Shown here: piece by piece, positions 24,301 to 39,300 of the stretch
Position numbering within the stretch: the stretch's first letter is position 1
How the letters are laid out: each line of letters opens with the position of its first letter
Source of the DNA: Schmidtea polychroa
Taxonomy: Eukaryota
Direction of reading: 5' to 3'
Assembly (NCBI GenBank): GCA_044892525.1
Contig: CM097885.1
Coordinates: 46,750,001 to 46,810,000 of the forward strand
Length of the DNA stretch: 60,000 bases
Translations under genes and position numbers: made by a program
Notes under the pieces: generated by a model
Seen by the model: the letters and a program-made list of their open reading frames with translations, nothing else
What the model was told of the DNA's origin: nothing
Databases searched by the model: none

Positions 24301-27300
24301 TGAAAATATTATGTCTATTGAAGAGCTTGAAGAAAGATTTGATAATAAAAAATCCAATTTGCCTGTAATGCAAAATGTTCGTGATTCAAATGATAACAGT
24401 GATTCGATGTCGGAGATTAAAACGATTCCTAGTGCTACACCTAGGAGACCATCTAATATACTTACAAATCAATCTATATCTGAGGTTATTACCATTCCTC
24501 AAAAAGATAGATCAGAGATTGGTTCAGCGCATTCAAAAGCATATTCCGCAGATTTTGACGATTCTAAAATTGAGAGTTAGAAATAATTATCATTTATTTT
24601 TATGTCATTTCATTATAAATTAATCCATACGAATTTCTCTTTGGCCCAAAAAATACTTCGATATTGTTACTAAAGTTCTTTTTCCATTAATTTTTCGAAG
24701 ATCTCAAATTGATAATTGTTTCATTTTTCATACTAGTTGGGGTACCCGGCATCGCACGATTTAAAAAAATAGTAAACAGATTCAAAAATCTTAACCAAAA
24801 TCGACTTTTAATGATGAAACAATTCATCATGATGAAACTGGCGAGAATTAATCCACATAGATTGCAGTAATGGATTTTCAATATTGCTCATTTGTTGATT
24901 TACTCTAAAAATGGTACTTACAAATTAATTTAGTTTTTAAAAAATTAAAAAGAGGAAATTGTTAAATTAATATTAAATATTTAAAATCCATATTAGAATG
25001 ATTTTTTATTACAAAGAAAATTTTGTATTGAAAATGTATAAAAATGCTTTGGGTAACAAGCAAATAAACTTTCATCTTTATATATTAGATTTTACAAGTC
25101 TTCGAGTACCAATGTGGCCAATATTACAGAATACGAGGAATTCATTAAAATATTGTCAAATTAACAATTATGCTTTTTACAAACAGTTGTTGGGAAATGT
25201 TATAAATTTAAAGAAATCTCTATTAAATTCAGTCGTGCCCGCTTAAGTTAGATTTGATAGGAATGCTGTAATTCATACGATTTATGCCAAATACGACTTA
25301 TATCAAATAGATTGTTTTTGCCGTATTATTTTATTTATCGTTGATTTAATATAGAATAAAAATGAATGTCTTTTCATTTCATTGTCATGACAGCAGTTTA
25401 TATGGCACTTAACCATTCTGAATAGTTGCCAATTTATTTCATAACATAGAGGAATGGGATTGGTACATAATTCAAAAATATAAAAACAAAACCGCTAAGT
25501 CATAATATAATCACTTGTTTATTTTTTTCAAAAAATTCCGTAATTGATCTCTGCCTTTTCGGAAGCTTTGTAAAAAATGCTTCTAATCTCTCTTTAAATT
25601 TACTCACTTCATCTACGAACGGTTCTTGACCTTTTGCGAGGGCAAAAGAAATGATTGTTTTAAGTAAATGGTTAACTTCCAATATATAGGTACCGGTAAT
25701 TCATCAATTTCACCTTACTTGCATTCCTGTCGTCATGTATCTGATTTCGATTTAAAACTCAGTCTACAATTTCAGCTTCCGATAATTCTGTCAGAGTTTC
25801 TGAACACTCACAACCAGAATCGACATTTTTTACAAAATCCATTGAACGAAAAAAGTTTTCAATCGTTCTACTTTTACCATTATTTCGCGCAGACTTTATG
25901 ACAATACTGGATGAAATAATCATAAAAGTGTACTCCTCTAAGACTTCTAAAGCAATCGCAGATTTAAAAAATTAAGAAAACTCAATTTATATAATTTTTA
26001 AAAGTGCATTTATTAAAACTAACTAATTATCAAATTAATAATTACAATTAAATAACATTATTATTAAATTTCTATTAGTACAATTACGTACTGACAGTGA
26101 ATCTACGTAATATATAGAAAAAATCAATACATACGCATATAAATGCCATTAACAATAGCTATGAGATAATTAAAAATACAACTTATTTGTTCGACTTAAG
26201 TTGTAAAATTTATATGAATTGTAAAAGTGAAAAATCCGGACTTTTAAAAACACTAAGACATACGTTCGAGATATCCTAATCCGACTAAAGCGGGCTTGAC
26301 TGTACTATTTATTGCGATATAATTCGGCCATTCATTTTCTTGTGCAATAATCTATGTTAATTAATCCAAGTAAATGTATTATTCAAGTATTATTAGGAAA
26401 TTCGTATTTAGATGATGTAGTCAATATTGGATCTGTGTCAATGCCTAATAGAAACTATTTGGGGCAATAACTATTTGATTGCAAGAGATTTGATTACTAG
26501 AGATTGTTAATTATTACGAACTCGAATTAAATATGGGCCAATAGTTTTACGAAAAATATATTCTCTTGAAATACCATAAGCACCCATTTGCACTACAATT
26601 TCACCCTTTAAATATTCTAAACGGGCTTCAGGTTGAATTTTTTATAAATCCAGTGCACAGGTTAATCCATGCTTCGGAAACTTTAACTCGAGATCGTCAC
26701 AAGGAGAATGAACAACTTCTATTTCACAACCTTTTGGTGGTGAAACACAACGTCAAAAATATTAACAAATATATTTTCCATCTTAATTGATTCAAAATAA
26801 TTTAAATAAACTAAACTCACTAATTTACAAAGTATATTTTCTTTTTCAAATTATTTCTTTAGCAACATCAATACAGACAAACATTAAAATTCCTTTCTTT
26901 TCTAAACTAGAGGTGGCAATCCCGCGATTCAGGATCCCAATTCCCGATCCCGGAAAACCCCATTCTAATTATTAACTAATTTCTAAAAAAATGAAAAATC
27001 ATTTACATTATTTGTATGTATGATTTTGTACTGTTATTTTAGCTAACTTAAAAATTTAATTTTTATTTTGTTAGCAAAGAATATTTAATTTACTCATTTT
27101 TATTTTACCATTTTAAGTGTTTTTAAATAAAATAAGGTAAGCAGTTACCAGAAAATTTAAGAAAAGCCATATTTTGTACATATATATTTTTAATTCAAAG
27201 TTTATTAATTTATTTCTTACTTTATCACAGATTTAGCGATGACAAATTAGTTAGAAGTATGGAAATTTTACGACAGATCAGAAACAGAAGCATCTGCTAA

Positions 27301-30300
27301 ATGCAAACGCTGTCCACAAATTATTAAGACGACAGGATGATCTACTAAGGGACTTTATACACATTTAAAAAGTATTCATAATATTGATAGTATCAATTTC
27401 GGGATTTCGTGTATCAATAGTATCAAGTGTAAATTCGGAGTGAGCTTTTTCAGCTGCCGGAATTTTATGCACTAAATTTCGTTCACGTTTAAACGACGAT
27501 ACTGTCGATTCATTGTGTTTCCTTCGAGGATTTTTTGACCAACAGTCAAAAAGAAACTAATTTAAATTAAACATTTTATAAGTCAATAAAAAATATTTTT
27601 TTTTCTTACCAAATTTTTTATATCTATAATATAATAATATTAAATAATGAATTTTGTTAATTTAATATGTAATGTTTTCTTATTTTCTAAATAAAAAAAA
27701 CTTTTATAATTAAATTTTGTACAATGTTTTCAGTTTTTCCAAACAAATAATAACAAAATTCTACTAGGTTAAAAAAGGCTCTGGGATTGCAATCCACATT
27801 ATAAACCTCTCCTTTAACAATGAATTCGACTAATTTTATCCTAATTTTTTGATAATTTCATTTCTTTATTTTATTTTTTATTTACTAAACAGAAATTAAT
27901 TCTATCATAATTATATGCATAAGATTCATGTAAATGATTTGATTTAAATATCCAGGTATCAAAACTTCCCAATCTTTCACAAAAAAGAAAACTTCAAAGT
28001 CTTCATCTTATTCAAATGATTTCACTGAAGATGACACTTTACAATCTACTTCAAATAATATTTCAGTTATCAAACAAATCCCAAAGTATTTTCATTATTT
28101 TAGCTATTTAATATTCTTATTTATTAACTCGTTACACTTCACAGAATTAGTGAGAACTAAAAGTTTAGACTACTCTGCACTTCATATAAGTACAAGAATA
28201 CCTTGGTATATTTTGGTATATTCTGTATATTTTCCTAAAACCTATAAAAATATGAACATTTAATTTATTAAAAAAAGAGTTTGAAGACTATAAATCAGTA
28301 ATATATCGATGTTTGTTGATACTCACGAATTTTCGACACTGCCTTTTTCAAGTGATTTTAATCATTATTACATTTAATAATTATTGTTGGGGATAATAAA
28401 TTTATTTCATATTTTATAATAAATTTATTGGTTTAATTATATATTCTATTTATATTTTATATCTTCTAACATCGCTGAAAAATACAATCATCTTCTCAAT
28501 CAGAATCGTAGAACATACGGCAACATGCCGGACCTTCCAAATGACATCGATGAGAACATCAGCAGTATGGAAAATGACATTAAGAACATTGTCAAGAAAC
28601 AGGCGTATCTCATGAAAGAGCAACTCTCGACACAAAAATCTCTCACTCGTAATATAAAAACACTTAAAAACCTTAAAGATTTAACAATCCTTCCTTCAGA
28701 TAAAACAAACAGACTTGTGGCGCTTAACACAGATCATTATGAATCACTCTTCAACGAGCATCTCGCCAATTATACCGCAACAAACAAAATGATCTTACCA
28801 TCCTCGCAGATCTCATTTAATAAGAAGCTTGCTGTCATTGCTAACAAACAAACTAACCTCGAAATCAAAGATTTACTTGCAAAATGTAATTTGTAGTGAA
28901 CCTTTACCTAGTACAATGACAATGTTGCCCAAAGATCACAAAGATCCTTTAAAAGGTAGACCTCTTGTATCTGCTGTTGACACGCCATCCATAACGCTTT
29001 CAAAGATTCTTGCTGAAAACCTTAAAAATCTACTAAATTTTATCCCCTGTCATCTTAAAAACACAATCCAATTTTTTGCAGAAATTATAAACCTATCTCT
29101 TTCAACATCACCAGAGTAAAAATACTTTTGGGGATCTCTTGATGTCTCAAATCTTTACAGATCCATCCCTCTCACTGGAGAGAACAGCATCTTCACAGTT
29201 GCAATTTCTTTCTTCGAAACCTTCAAACCAGAAACTGTTTTTGCAGACTTATTTGAACAAGATTTCAATGAAATTGTCAAACTAGCCATAAACTCAGATA
29301 CTGTATTAATTAAAGGAAAACCTTTCAAACAAATTGGTCCCCTTATTCTATACACTAATGACGCTAACCATCTGAGATCTTTTTCCCTATAGCTTATTCC
29401 TCATGCTATTGTTTGAGTCAATATTGATGGAAATCCATGCTCTCGATTTAGAAACAAGAATGACTACTGGTAAGGTTATTTTTATATAACACGAAAAAGA
29501 CTGGTGACCCTACTAATTAAGGACCAGTTGAGTTCTCTGTGATTTTTTGCGGACCTTTTGGTGTTTTGTAGTTCATCTCGAAGTGATCGTCGTACACGGG
29601 TTTGAGGTAGGTGGGGTCTTCCAATCCTGTGGTTGTCGTAGGGACTGTAGAACCTCGATTTGCTGAAGGTGTTTCCGCATAGCTTCGGTGCGAAACCACG
29701 TGATTTCCATCTTCCGAACTTGTTCGTTGAGTACCTCCACTCGATTACGGAACTTCTTCACTGGTTGTAGCGCAGTTGCTCGGTCATTCCGCATCTTCTC
29801 TAATAGGTTGAGAATGGATAATAAGCATTAATATTGATAACGGTTGATTCGGCAAAAAATGTTTTTTCAATTTTAGCCCTATCAATGATTGTTGACCATG
29901 AACATCGTTTCACTTATCGATCCACCGCCGATGTAACTTATCCAACTGTTTCGCTCTCACACTATCGCACTTATATATCTCCTTATTTAACTCACGTCAC
30001 TTTCCACTCTTTATTCTCAAAATTCCCTAACTCACGATTTCGACACATGAATATTTATTATAAAGAAACCTTGACCATGATTCAATTTATTTCATTAGTA
30101 ACGTCGACCATGTCTGGATCCACGTAGCCCACCGCGCTTGCATTGGGTATCTCTGTAGTCCCAGGGGACTAAGGCAGGCACCTCCACCTCTTTGTCACAA
30201 TACTGAGCTAGGTCTTTTACCCAGTCTCTCTCGTCGAGCTTACCATAAAATTTCTAGAACAGACAAGAGAATCGTTTGGCATTAACCACGACCTTAGTAC

Positions 30301-33300
30301 AATGACTACTCCAGACCTAGGAGAGATCTCATCTTTAACAATTTTATGTAAACCATGCCTAATTGTATGTGTCGGGAATTTAGTAAAATTTTAACACTTG
30401 ATTGGTTGTCCCTACGCTAATTTTTTGTCATTTTTCCATTCGTAAATGAAGGAAAATCACGGTTTTAATTTCATAATAATATTAATCAATTACAATGCTT
30501 ATCATCATAAAAAAATACAAATGAAACATTGACATAGTCACTCAGAGATAGTATACAAATTTCATATAAGTTCGCTGAAGCTGGCCAATTTGAAAATTTC
30601 AACCAGAATTTGTTCGGTGGTTAAGTAATTGTATCCCCCTAAATAGAATCTGACACAAGATCTGTGAGAAGGGATCACTATTGAACTCTATAATTTGAAA
30701 CCATTTATGTTTGCATAATGCTAATAAATTTCAGAATATTTGCCAAGTTTATTAAATGAATAAAATTTAAGTTAATCCTATGGTAAGGCTTAGAACTTAC
30801 AGAGGCTCAAGTATCAAATGTATAAGTTACAATGATAGTTCAAGTGATACACCAAACACCACTGAGATGCATTTCCTATTATATAACAAAAAAATCAATA
30901 ATCTTACATTATAGAAACATACATACTTACTTTGATTTCACGTTGATGTTCCCATTTATAGCTCAATGAGATACATCTTATATTATAGAAATCTGAAAAG
31001 TGGAAGGAAAATTAAAAAATGCACACAAGCACAACACATAATAAAAAACACATACAAACTTTTGATTCGTAAAATTGTAACGATGAGATACGTTTCTATA
31101 ATAATTCTATTTTAGACAATTTTTAGAAAAAAAAGATAGTTGAAAATTTTTTAAATTATATTTTTAATGAAAATATCAAGAGCAGATGAATTTGGTTCAA
31201 AATCTTTTTACTCCAGATTTGATTTCCTTTAAGAATCCCCTCATATTGAGCTCAGAAAAAAAATTACAAAAATTAAAAAAATTATTCTAATCAGCGATTT
31301 TTCCCAAAATGTTTTAAAAAAATACATTGATTGATTTATTTATTTAATTAATTATAATTAAAAATATATCGGACTCACATTTTTTCGAAATAATTCCAAA
31401 ATACTTTAATAAAAGACATAAAATTCCTTAAAAAAGCCTGAAAATTAATTAAAAATAATTTATAATTATATTGTTGATTAAAAGTAATATTTAAGAACTT
31501 GAATAATGATCTCATATCCATATGGATCAAAATTCAAGTCTTAAAATTTACTTTAAATTTAATATCTTATGAATTTTGTTGTTTGTTATTTAATATGTAT
31601 TTCAGAAGTTTGGGGAATATTTTGCTTTTGCGAAAAACTATTTTCCTTTTTCTTTTGGATTAATATATAATTGCAATATTTTTTTAAATTTTAGCTTTTG
31701 GGACGGTGAATTCTAAGGCAAGTGAGCTAATCACTTCTACTATAACGATCGTGTTGACATATCTAATAAATTTTCCATTCATCTGACTGTCACGTAATAA
31801 ACAGGTTAAGCTTTGAGATAAAATTTTTATTCACTGATAAGTTTTCATTATTTGGACTCATGTGATCTCCTCGGTTCCCATGCTTGCGTGGTATTTTTTT
31901 AAAAGAGAAAAAAAATCAATCATAAATTTATGTAGAAATTTTACTTGCTGAAGCGGCCTCTGGGTTCTCTGACTTCTGGTATTTGGGTATATATTGACTT
32001 GATATTGCAAGGGAAAATATTTTTTAATATAACCGAAATGAAGTACTCACTAGAAACTGTCCTTATATACGTCAGTATGTGTCGATGGGCGTGTCCATTC
32101 TGAGGTGGTAGTCATCCTCTCAAGAATAATCACCCGGTAAGCAGAAACCAGCATGCTTACTGTACACCAAACACCACTGAGATACTTTTCCTATAATATA
32201 AGTGAGCGGTAAAGAGTGTTAATTAAAAATAATTTATAATTATACTGTTGACTAAAAGTAATATTTATGAACTTGAATAATGATCTCATATCTACTAAAA
32301 GAATTTAAAAACTAGAAATTTATTCGGATTGAATTAAAATAAGCAAAGCAGAAAATCTTTTTCTTTTTTCAATCGAATACTCCCAAATAGACTGAATAAG
32401 TAGCTCGACTTGCTGTTCCTTTGTAATTCCTCCTTTTTTTGTATAAAATATTTTGACCTTGACCATTAGCCTTCGATATTTTGCGTATGTATTGACGCAT
32501 CATTGGGATCAGCAAAAGTCATTGAATGATTCACCGAAAGGTGTTGCATAGTTTGCATTTCGACTGTAAGCTCGACTGTATGCTCGCCATTTATCAGTAA
32601 TAATAGTAGTTCCAGCGAGTGCATTATTGCATATAACGGCTATCATCGTTTGAGCGCTTCTGTTTTCAACCGGTATTATAAAACAATTCCTAGATCCTCG
32701 TTCAATACCGCCGACAAACCCTTGATTTTCTAATATTCGGACTCGGTTATACTTGCGCTTAAAAAAGAGGCTCTCATCAATTTCAACTATTTTTAAAATG
32801 TTATGTTGGTCATAGCCACCAATTCTTTGATTGTTTACTTCAACTGCGAATGCGATTACTTCCCTTAAAAGCTTACCCCACATAATTACAGTTGCTCTGT
32901 TAACGCCTAAATCATGGGTGATGTCGTTAATCTCTATTCCCAAAATATATTTGTAGAATATTTTTAAAATAATTTCCATCGGGAGTTTACTCTCCGACAA
33001 CCAGCTCACTTTTCTGACGGAACAAGTGTATCGTCAAGATCTTACACAGTTCCACCTGCAACCGTCAATTATACCTTTGTTTTTTTTGTAATCTTAATCG
33101 TGGAAATGTTGGACATTTTTGGCATAGTTTGTCGTTTTTGATAATTTTCAGCATTGGCATATTTTTTAATGTTAACTCCTTAGATTCAAAAATTTGAGAA
33201 AAAAATATCATTAAATATCATATTGAAGATTTTTTTATCGGAATAAATCTCATTAGGATGTATAATGTGTTTCTGTCTAATTTTAGACATTTATGGGTTA

Positions 33301-36300
33301 AAGTAAAGCAATTTGTTAAAACTTACTATTTTTTATAAAACACAATAATTTATTTTAACCACATTTTTTTATTTAAACCATTTTATTTTATATAAATCAC
33401 ACTATTTTATTTAAACCACACTATTTCTAGCATTTACCAAATTTTCTTAAAATTAAAAATATTACCTGAAAGCCATTTCTAAAATGGCTAAAATAGATTT
33501 AACGATAAGCAATTCATACGCAAATAAAATTGGTGAGTGAGAAATTGCTGTACACGCCAACCACCACTATAGAAAATGTATCTCAGTTGTGTTTGGTGTA
33601 GTGAATCAGTTTTTGCCCAGCAGATTATAGAAATTTAAGTGGTAGAAAAAATAAATTGAACAGAAACACAACACATAGTAAAAAATGCATTTAAAATTTC
33701 GATATGGAATAAAAGCTTTTTAACATTTTATTATTTGGAAAAAAGGCGGATTAAAATTAAGAATTCAATGTCACAAAAGTAAAATAAATCTTAGTTATTT
33801 TTTATTACAATTTTTATTTAAAACTTTTTAGAAAAATGCTAATTTACTTTTTTATCATTTATTAACTTTTCTTTTTTAGAACTTAAAAAATAAGTAAAGT
33901 TACAAACAGAAATCTATTTAGAAATGAATCACATTAATTTTGTATAATCAATTATTTATTAAAGCTAGTAGAATAAATTTATGGATAGTAATACTTAATA
34001 ACAATAGCAGACATTTTAAAAATTATGTATATAATGCTATAAATATTGGTGTTGTCTTTTTGATCTGTATAATATTAATTTTTAGAAACAAAATCAAAAC
34101 ATATGAATCTGATAACGATTATATAAAGAAATCCAAAAGTACTCAAAAACATTATATACCACCAAGTATTGGAATTCAAACTGTTGAACCGGTCCCAATC
34201 GCTCATTATGTAGTCAGTCCTGAAGCACTTGAATGTATAGCTTAATTTACGAAATTTAATTTATTTTGTAACTTTGCAGGCCTCTCGGCTTATAGCCCTT
34301 CAATGCTGTTAATGACCAACATGTTTCGTCAGCAAATTGAATTAACTAAAAATTTCATTGAAACTCATGAACGACTTTATGAATCTTTGATATCCTCAAT
34401 TCATCCCACATATAAGTATTCTAACTTAAAGGAAACTAAAGAAGTAAATGGTTTTCATCTTATATATAGTAAATTAAATTAATTAAAATAACTATTTAAA
34501 TTTTCTATATCTTTTATTAAAATCAATTAAAAGTATTTTCCGCCAATATATGTATTAATATCAAAATTACAAATGCCTAAGTTTGAATATTAAAAATCAA
34601 ATTGATAGATACATTAACCGTTTGCGGACGGTATGCCAGCACTGCTGGCCACGAATTTTGTTCCAGACTTTCTATAATGTATAATAGCCAGCTGTGCTGA
34701 CCAAACTTTAAAAAAATCATACCACGATATCGGGCATTCGTATATTAAAAATTTTATGCTTAAATAACACTACTTATTAAAATTAATTCCGTCCGCAAAC
34801 GGTTAAGTTGAATATATTATTATGGAAGAAGAAATGGATTTAATTGCTTCATAAACCGCAATAAATGAATTCTTGTGTATCAAGTTTTTTTCGTAAATGC
34901 CCTAAAAAATAGTGAACATTTTATTATAAAATTGCTGATGGAGGTTTTATGTGACATTTTTGAGTTTATTTGACTAATCGATATCATATAAGATACTCTA
35001 TTCAATCAGAGTTCAATATTATGCTATAGAATGTAACCATGCCATCAGTGCCGAATAAAGGATTTTACTAATAAAATAATTTTTAAATAAATTTTCTTAT
35101 CTAGCCTCAATAAATAATAGTTTTTATTAGAAAGCCACAGCATATTAAGAACTAACTGAAATACATTGTGTTGCAGGGATGTCAAAATAAAATAAGGAAT
35201 TACACACATATATATAGTAATCAATTCAGATTGATCTTGTTTTATTTTTCCACTCCCAATTTCAACAACTACTCAGAAAAACAAACTATCCTTAAGATTT
35301 TCTGATAGTTCAGTTCTCATATTTCATGTAAGTATAAGTTTTTTGAATGAGTACCCGGATATGTTGGGCTAGATGAATAGTGGTGTTCTTGATACAGGTA
35401 CTCGAACTCATCGAGCTAAAGTAGTGTCTGTCAAACTTTTTCTTGGACATTTCTTCAATTTTTCGTTGAATTGTATTTTTGATTTTCTCAATTGCTTCAC
35501 GATAAATATTCATATTTTCAGTAGCAATTATCGTAGCAGACATTACAATTCCTTCAGCATCGTAATGTGGTTTTTTTCTTTTTAGCTAATAACTGGACAA
35601 TTTTATAGCTTGTTATTTAGGATTGTTCGGGAATATTTGGAACTTAATTTACTTTAATTGAAATAGTTAGATATCTGTTTGTTTAAATAATTTGGATTTG
35701 GCAGATTTTGTGAATTAATTAAAACTTGTTATTTAGAAATTCTTTGATTAAATATATATTATTAGTTTGAAGATTTTTGTTGCAAATTTAAAGATGGATC
35801 TAAAGATGGATTTAACTGGCGACCACGCCGAAAATCAAAATATCAACGCCATTTCAAAATCGACAAAATCGCTAATGGAATGCCTACCGAAATCATGCCA
35901 AGACATGCTCACACTGAACATCAGACGATATGATGGACGAGGTTTAAAAGAAGCCGAAGAATGGATCAGAGATATAGAAGAATGGTTGCTGACAAATGGA
36001 CAGCGATTGACAAGCACTTTCGATGTGTTATTAGTGGCAGAAGCAAAGACATTGTGGGGAAACGTCAGAGAAACAGAAACAACAGATGTAAAAGCTAAAG
36101 CGTGGTTCTTAAATACGTTCACAATTACAAAATCAATAACTGACAAAATCAGAGAATTGGCAGCTATGGAACAGGAAGATGATGAAAGGTTTGCAGCTTT
36201 TGAGATACGGCTAAGGAAAGCTTTAGCTGAAGTTATAAATTCAGGACAATCTGAAGAAGATATTGTTCAAGATCTCATCGCAAATAAAGCACGCGATGCG

Positions 36301-39300
36301 AGACTGAGAGAGATACTATTGACGAAACCAGAAACAAAAATTGAAGAAACGAGATCATTGGCGAAAATTTTTGAAAGTAACAAAAATGGAAACCATAAAA
36401 CAGAATTTATTAAAGCAATCGGTCAAAGAACATACGCTAGCGTGACTGAGGGAGGGAAGATGAGAATTCAAAAGAATACCCAAGATCCCATGCATACATC
36501 ATCACAAAGAAGACTACCATAAGACCAATTTAGTCACCACAGATCAAGAAGAGAAGAACATCCTATACGCGGACCAATACAATACGAAGGAAATAACCAT
36601 GGTCGTCGAGAACAATCTCCAAGAGAACAATTCTTGAGAAATGCGAGAATCCCGAATAGCTCAGAAAGGAAGCTGCCAGCAATATCCATGAAGAATATTG
36701 CAAGGAGGCTGTACAATGAAAGTAGGGGACTACCACAAGCATCGGTCCCAAAATTAACGGTAGGTGATTGTTTTTGCTGTGGCGAAAGGGGACATAGAAG
36801 GTATGAGTGTCCACTGGGAAATAAATGTCTGATATGTGGCAAGGAAGGACACGGGTTCCGAGATTGTTTTTCGTTACGGAAAGATGTTACACAACGATAT
36901 CAAAGAATAGCGTGCATAGAAGAAGAAGATTCAAAATCTGAAACAAGAGATTACACCGAGAACGGCCAGGATTTCAGAATGGATCACAGCAATATGGAAG
37001 ATAGATACAATGTCCCTGAGAAATATACTATATTGAGAGAAGACGGAAAAAACATCAGCGACTCCATGGGTTTCATTTCGTCGGTGGAGTCAAGACAATA
37101 AATTGTGAAATAAGAAATGAACGACGAAGAGGCGAGGCAGAAGAAGAGATGTACCAGACGAAAGATGGAAGAAATTGGAGTAAAATAATGTTGAATAATG
37201 CCGAAACAGAGATGTTATGGGATTCTGGAGCATCAGTAACAGTTATGAGCAAGAATTTGTGGGAGAAAATAGGCAAACCAGAACTGAAACGTAGTATGAT
37301 ATTATTGTGCGGAGTTTTTTTAACTGGAGGTGAAGAAGCAATGGGATACATGACTATACCGGCCACGTGGAATCAGAAGACCAAAATGATCACAGTAGTA
37401 GTGGTAAAAGAGATCAAACCCGAATTCATAGGAGGCATTGATACAATGAAAGAGTTTGGAGTAAAGTTAATGAAAATCAATAATATAGAAACGTCATTGA
37501 TAAACAAAATTTACACTGATGAAGAAAGAATAAATAAAGCACTAGTGGCGATGGCAGGTAAGAATAATAAAGATATGGAAGGAATGATCAGGGAATTCGG
37601 CGGAATTTTTATGGAATCGAAATTCGATCTGGGATTTACAAACTTAGTTCGACATGAGATGCGGATAACAGGAGGCCCAATAATGCAACATCCTCGACGT
37701 CAACCAATGCACATGGAGAAAAGGATTGAAGAACTGATAAAAGAGTTAAAGAAAGCAAATGTTATTCGGTGTTGCAAGAGTCCTTGGAATGCCCCGTTAG
37801 TGATAGTAGGGAAGAAAGATGGATCTATCAGGATGTGTGTAGATTATCGTGGATTAAATTCCATAACAGAAAAAGAGTCATTTCCGATGCCTAACACCAA
37901 ATTCTTACTAGACTGTCTCGCGAATGCAAAAATATTTTCGTCAATCGATTTAGGTCAGGCGTATTATCAAGTGGAGTTAGCTCCAGAAATTCAAGAGATG
38001 ACTGCATTCAGTACAAGAGAAGAACAATTTTGCTTCAATAGACTACCATTTGGCTTAGCAACAGCTCCTGCGACATTCCAGAGACTGATGCACACAGTGC
38101 TAGAAGGAATGCTATTCAAGGGAGTAGTAGTTTATCTAGATGATATCTTGGTATATGGTAAAAGTCAAAAAGACCACGATGAGCTATTAAGGGAAATATT
38201 CAGAAGAATTCAAGTGGCAGGACTGAAGATAAATCCAGAAAAATGCAAATTCAATAAAACAGAATTGTGTTTCCTTGGTCACACAATTAACGAGAAGGGT
38301 ATCCAGACAAACAGGAAGAAAGTGGAAGAGATCGAGAAAGCAGAAGTACCAAAATGTTCAAAACAATTGAAATCGTTTCTCGGATTAACGAACTACTATA
38401 GAAGATTCATCAAAGACTATGCCAAAATCGCCGAACCATTATACGCTGCAACATCTGGATGCGATAAAGATATAAGTTGAACTAAAGAATGCAATGGGAG
38501 CTTCCAAACTCTGAAGAGACGGTTGTGCGAAGCACCTATCCTTGATTTTCCAAGAGAAGATAGGACTTTTATCTTAGACACAGACGCTAGTTTTGGAGCC
38601 ATTGGTGCAGTTTTGAGTCAAATTACAGAAGATGGAGAAGAATCTGTCATAGCTTATGGCTCGAGACATATGTCATCACATGAAAAGGGATACTGTGTAA
38701 CCAGGAAAGAACTGCTCGCCGTACATGAATACGTCATGCATTTTAGAGAATATCTGTACGGAAAAAAATTCATAATTCGCACCGACCACAAGGCATTGGT
38801 TTTCATGAACACTACAAAAACGCCAATCAGTCCGCAGTTCCAAACATGGTTAGCTAACTTGTCGGAATATGATTTTGAACTAAAATATCGGAAAGGCGAA
38901 GAACACTCGAATGCAGATGGACTATCAAGATTAAAAAGTATGGTTTGCACTCAGTGTCAAACAAGACATGAAGAAGCTAAGCAGGGAAAATCAAAGATTA
39001 GATATATATATACTATCCAAAGAACAGAAGCTATGGAAAAAGTATGGGAACAACAACAAAAGGACATTCGGTTTCAAGAGCTGCGAGAGATATTGGAAAA
39101 TGGATGTACACGGGAGAAAAAGAATTGTTTTCCTTTTAACGTAAAAAATACACGAATTGATGGAGGATTAATAACAGTAGAAAAGAACAAAAATATCTTA
39201 ATGTTAGTCCCAGAAACATTTGCAGGCCTGTTAACAACAACACTACATGAAGAACTATGTCACATTGGAGTTAAGAAATTATTTCATTATATGGAAAAGA

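Noticed and set aside
30150..30180. CTGTAGTCCCAG...AAGGCAGG resemblance to 7SL/Alu
   Set aside because: Only a ~12-nt match, which is part of a local hairpin. No other SRP RNA features.
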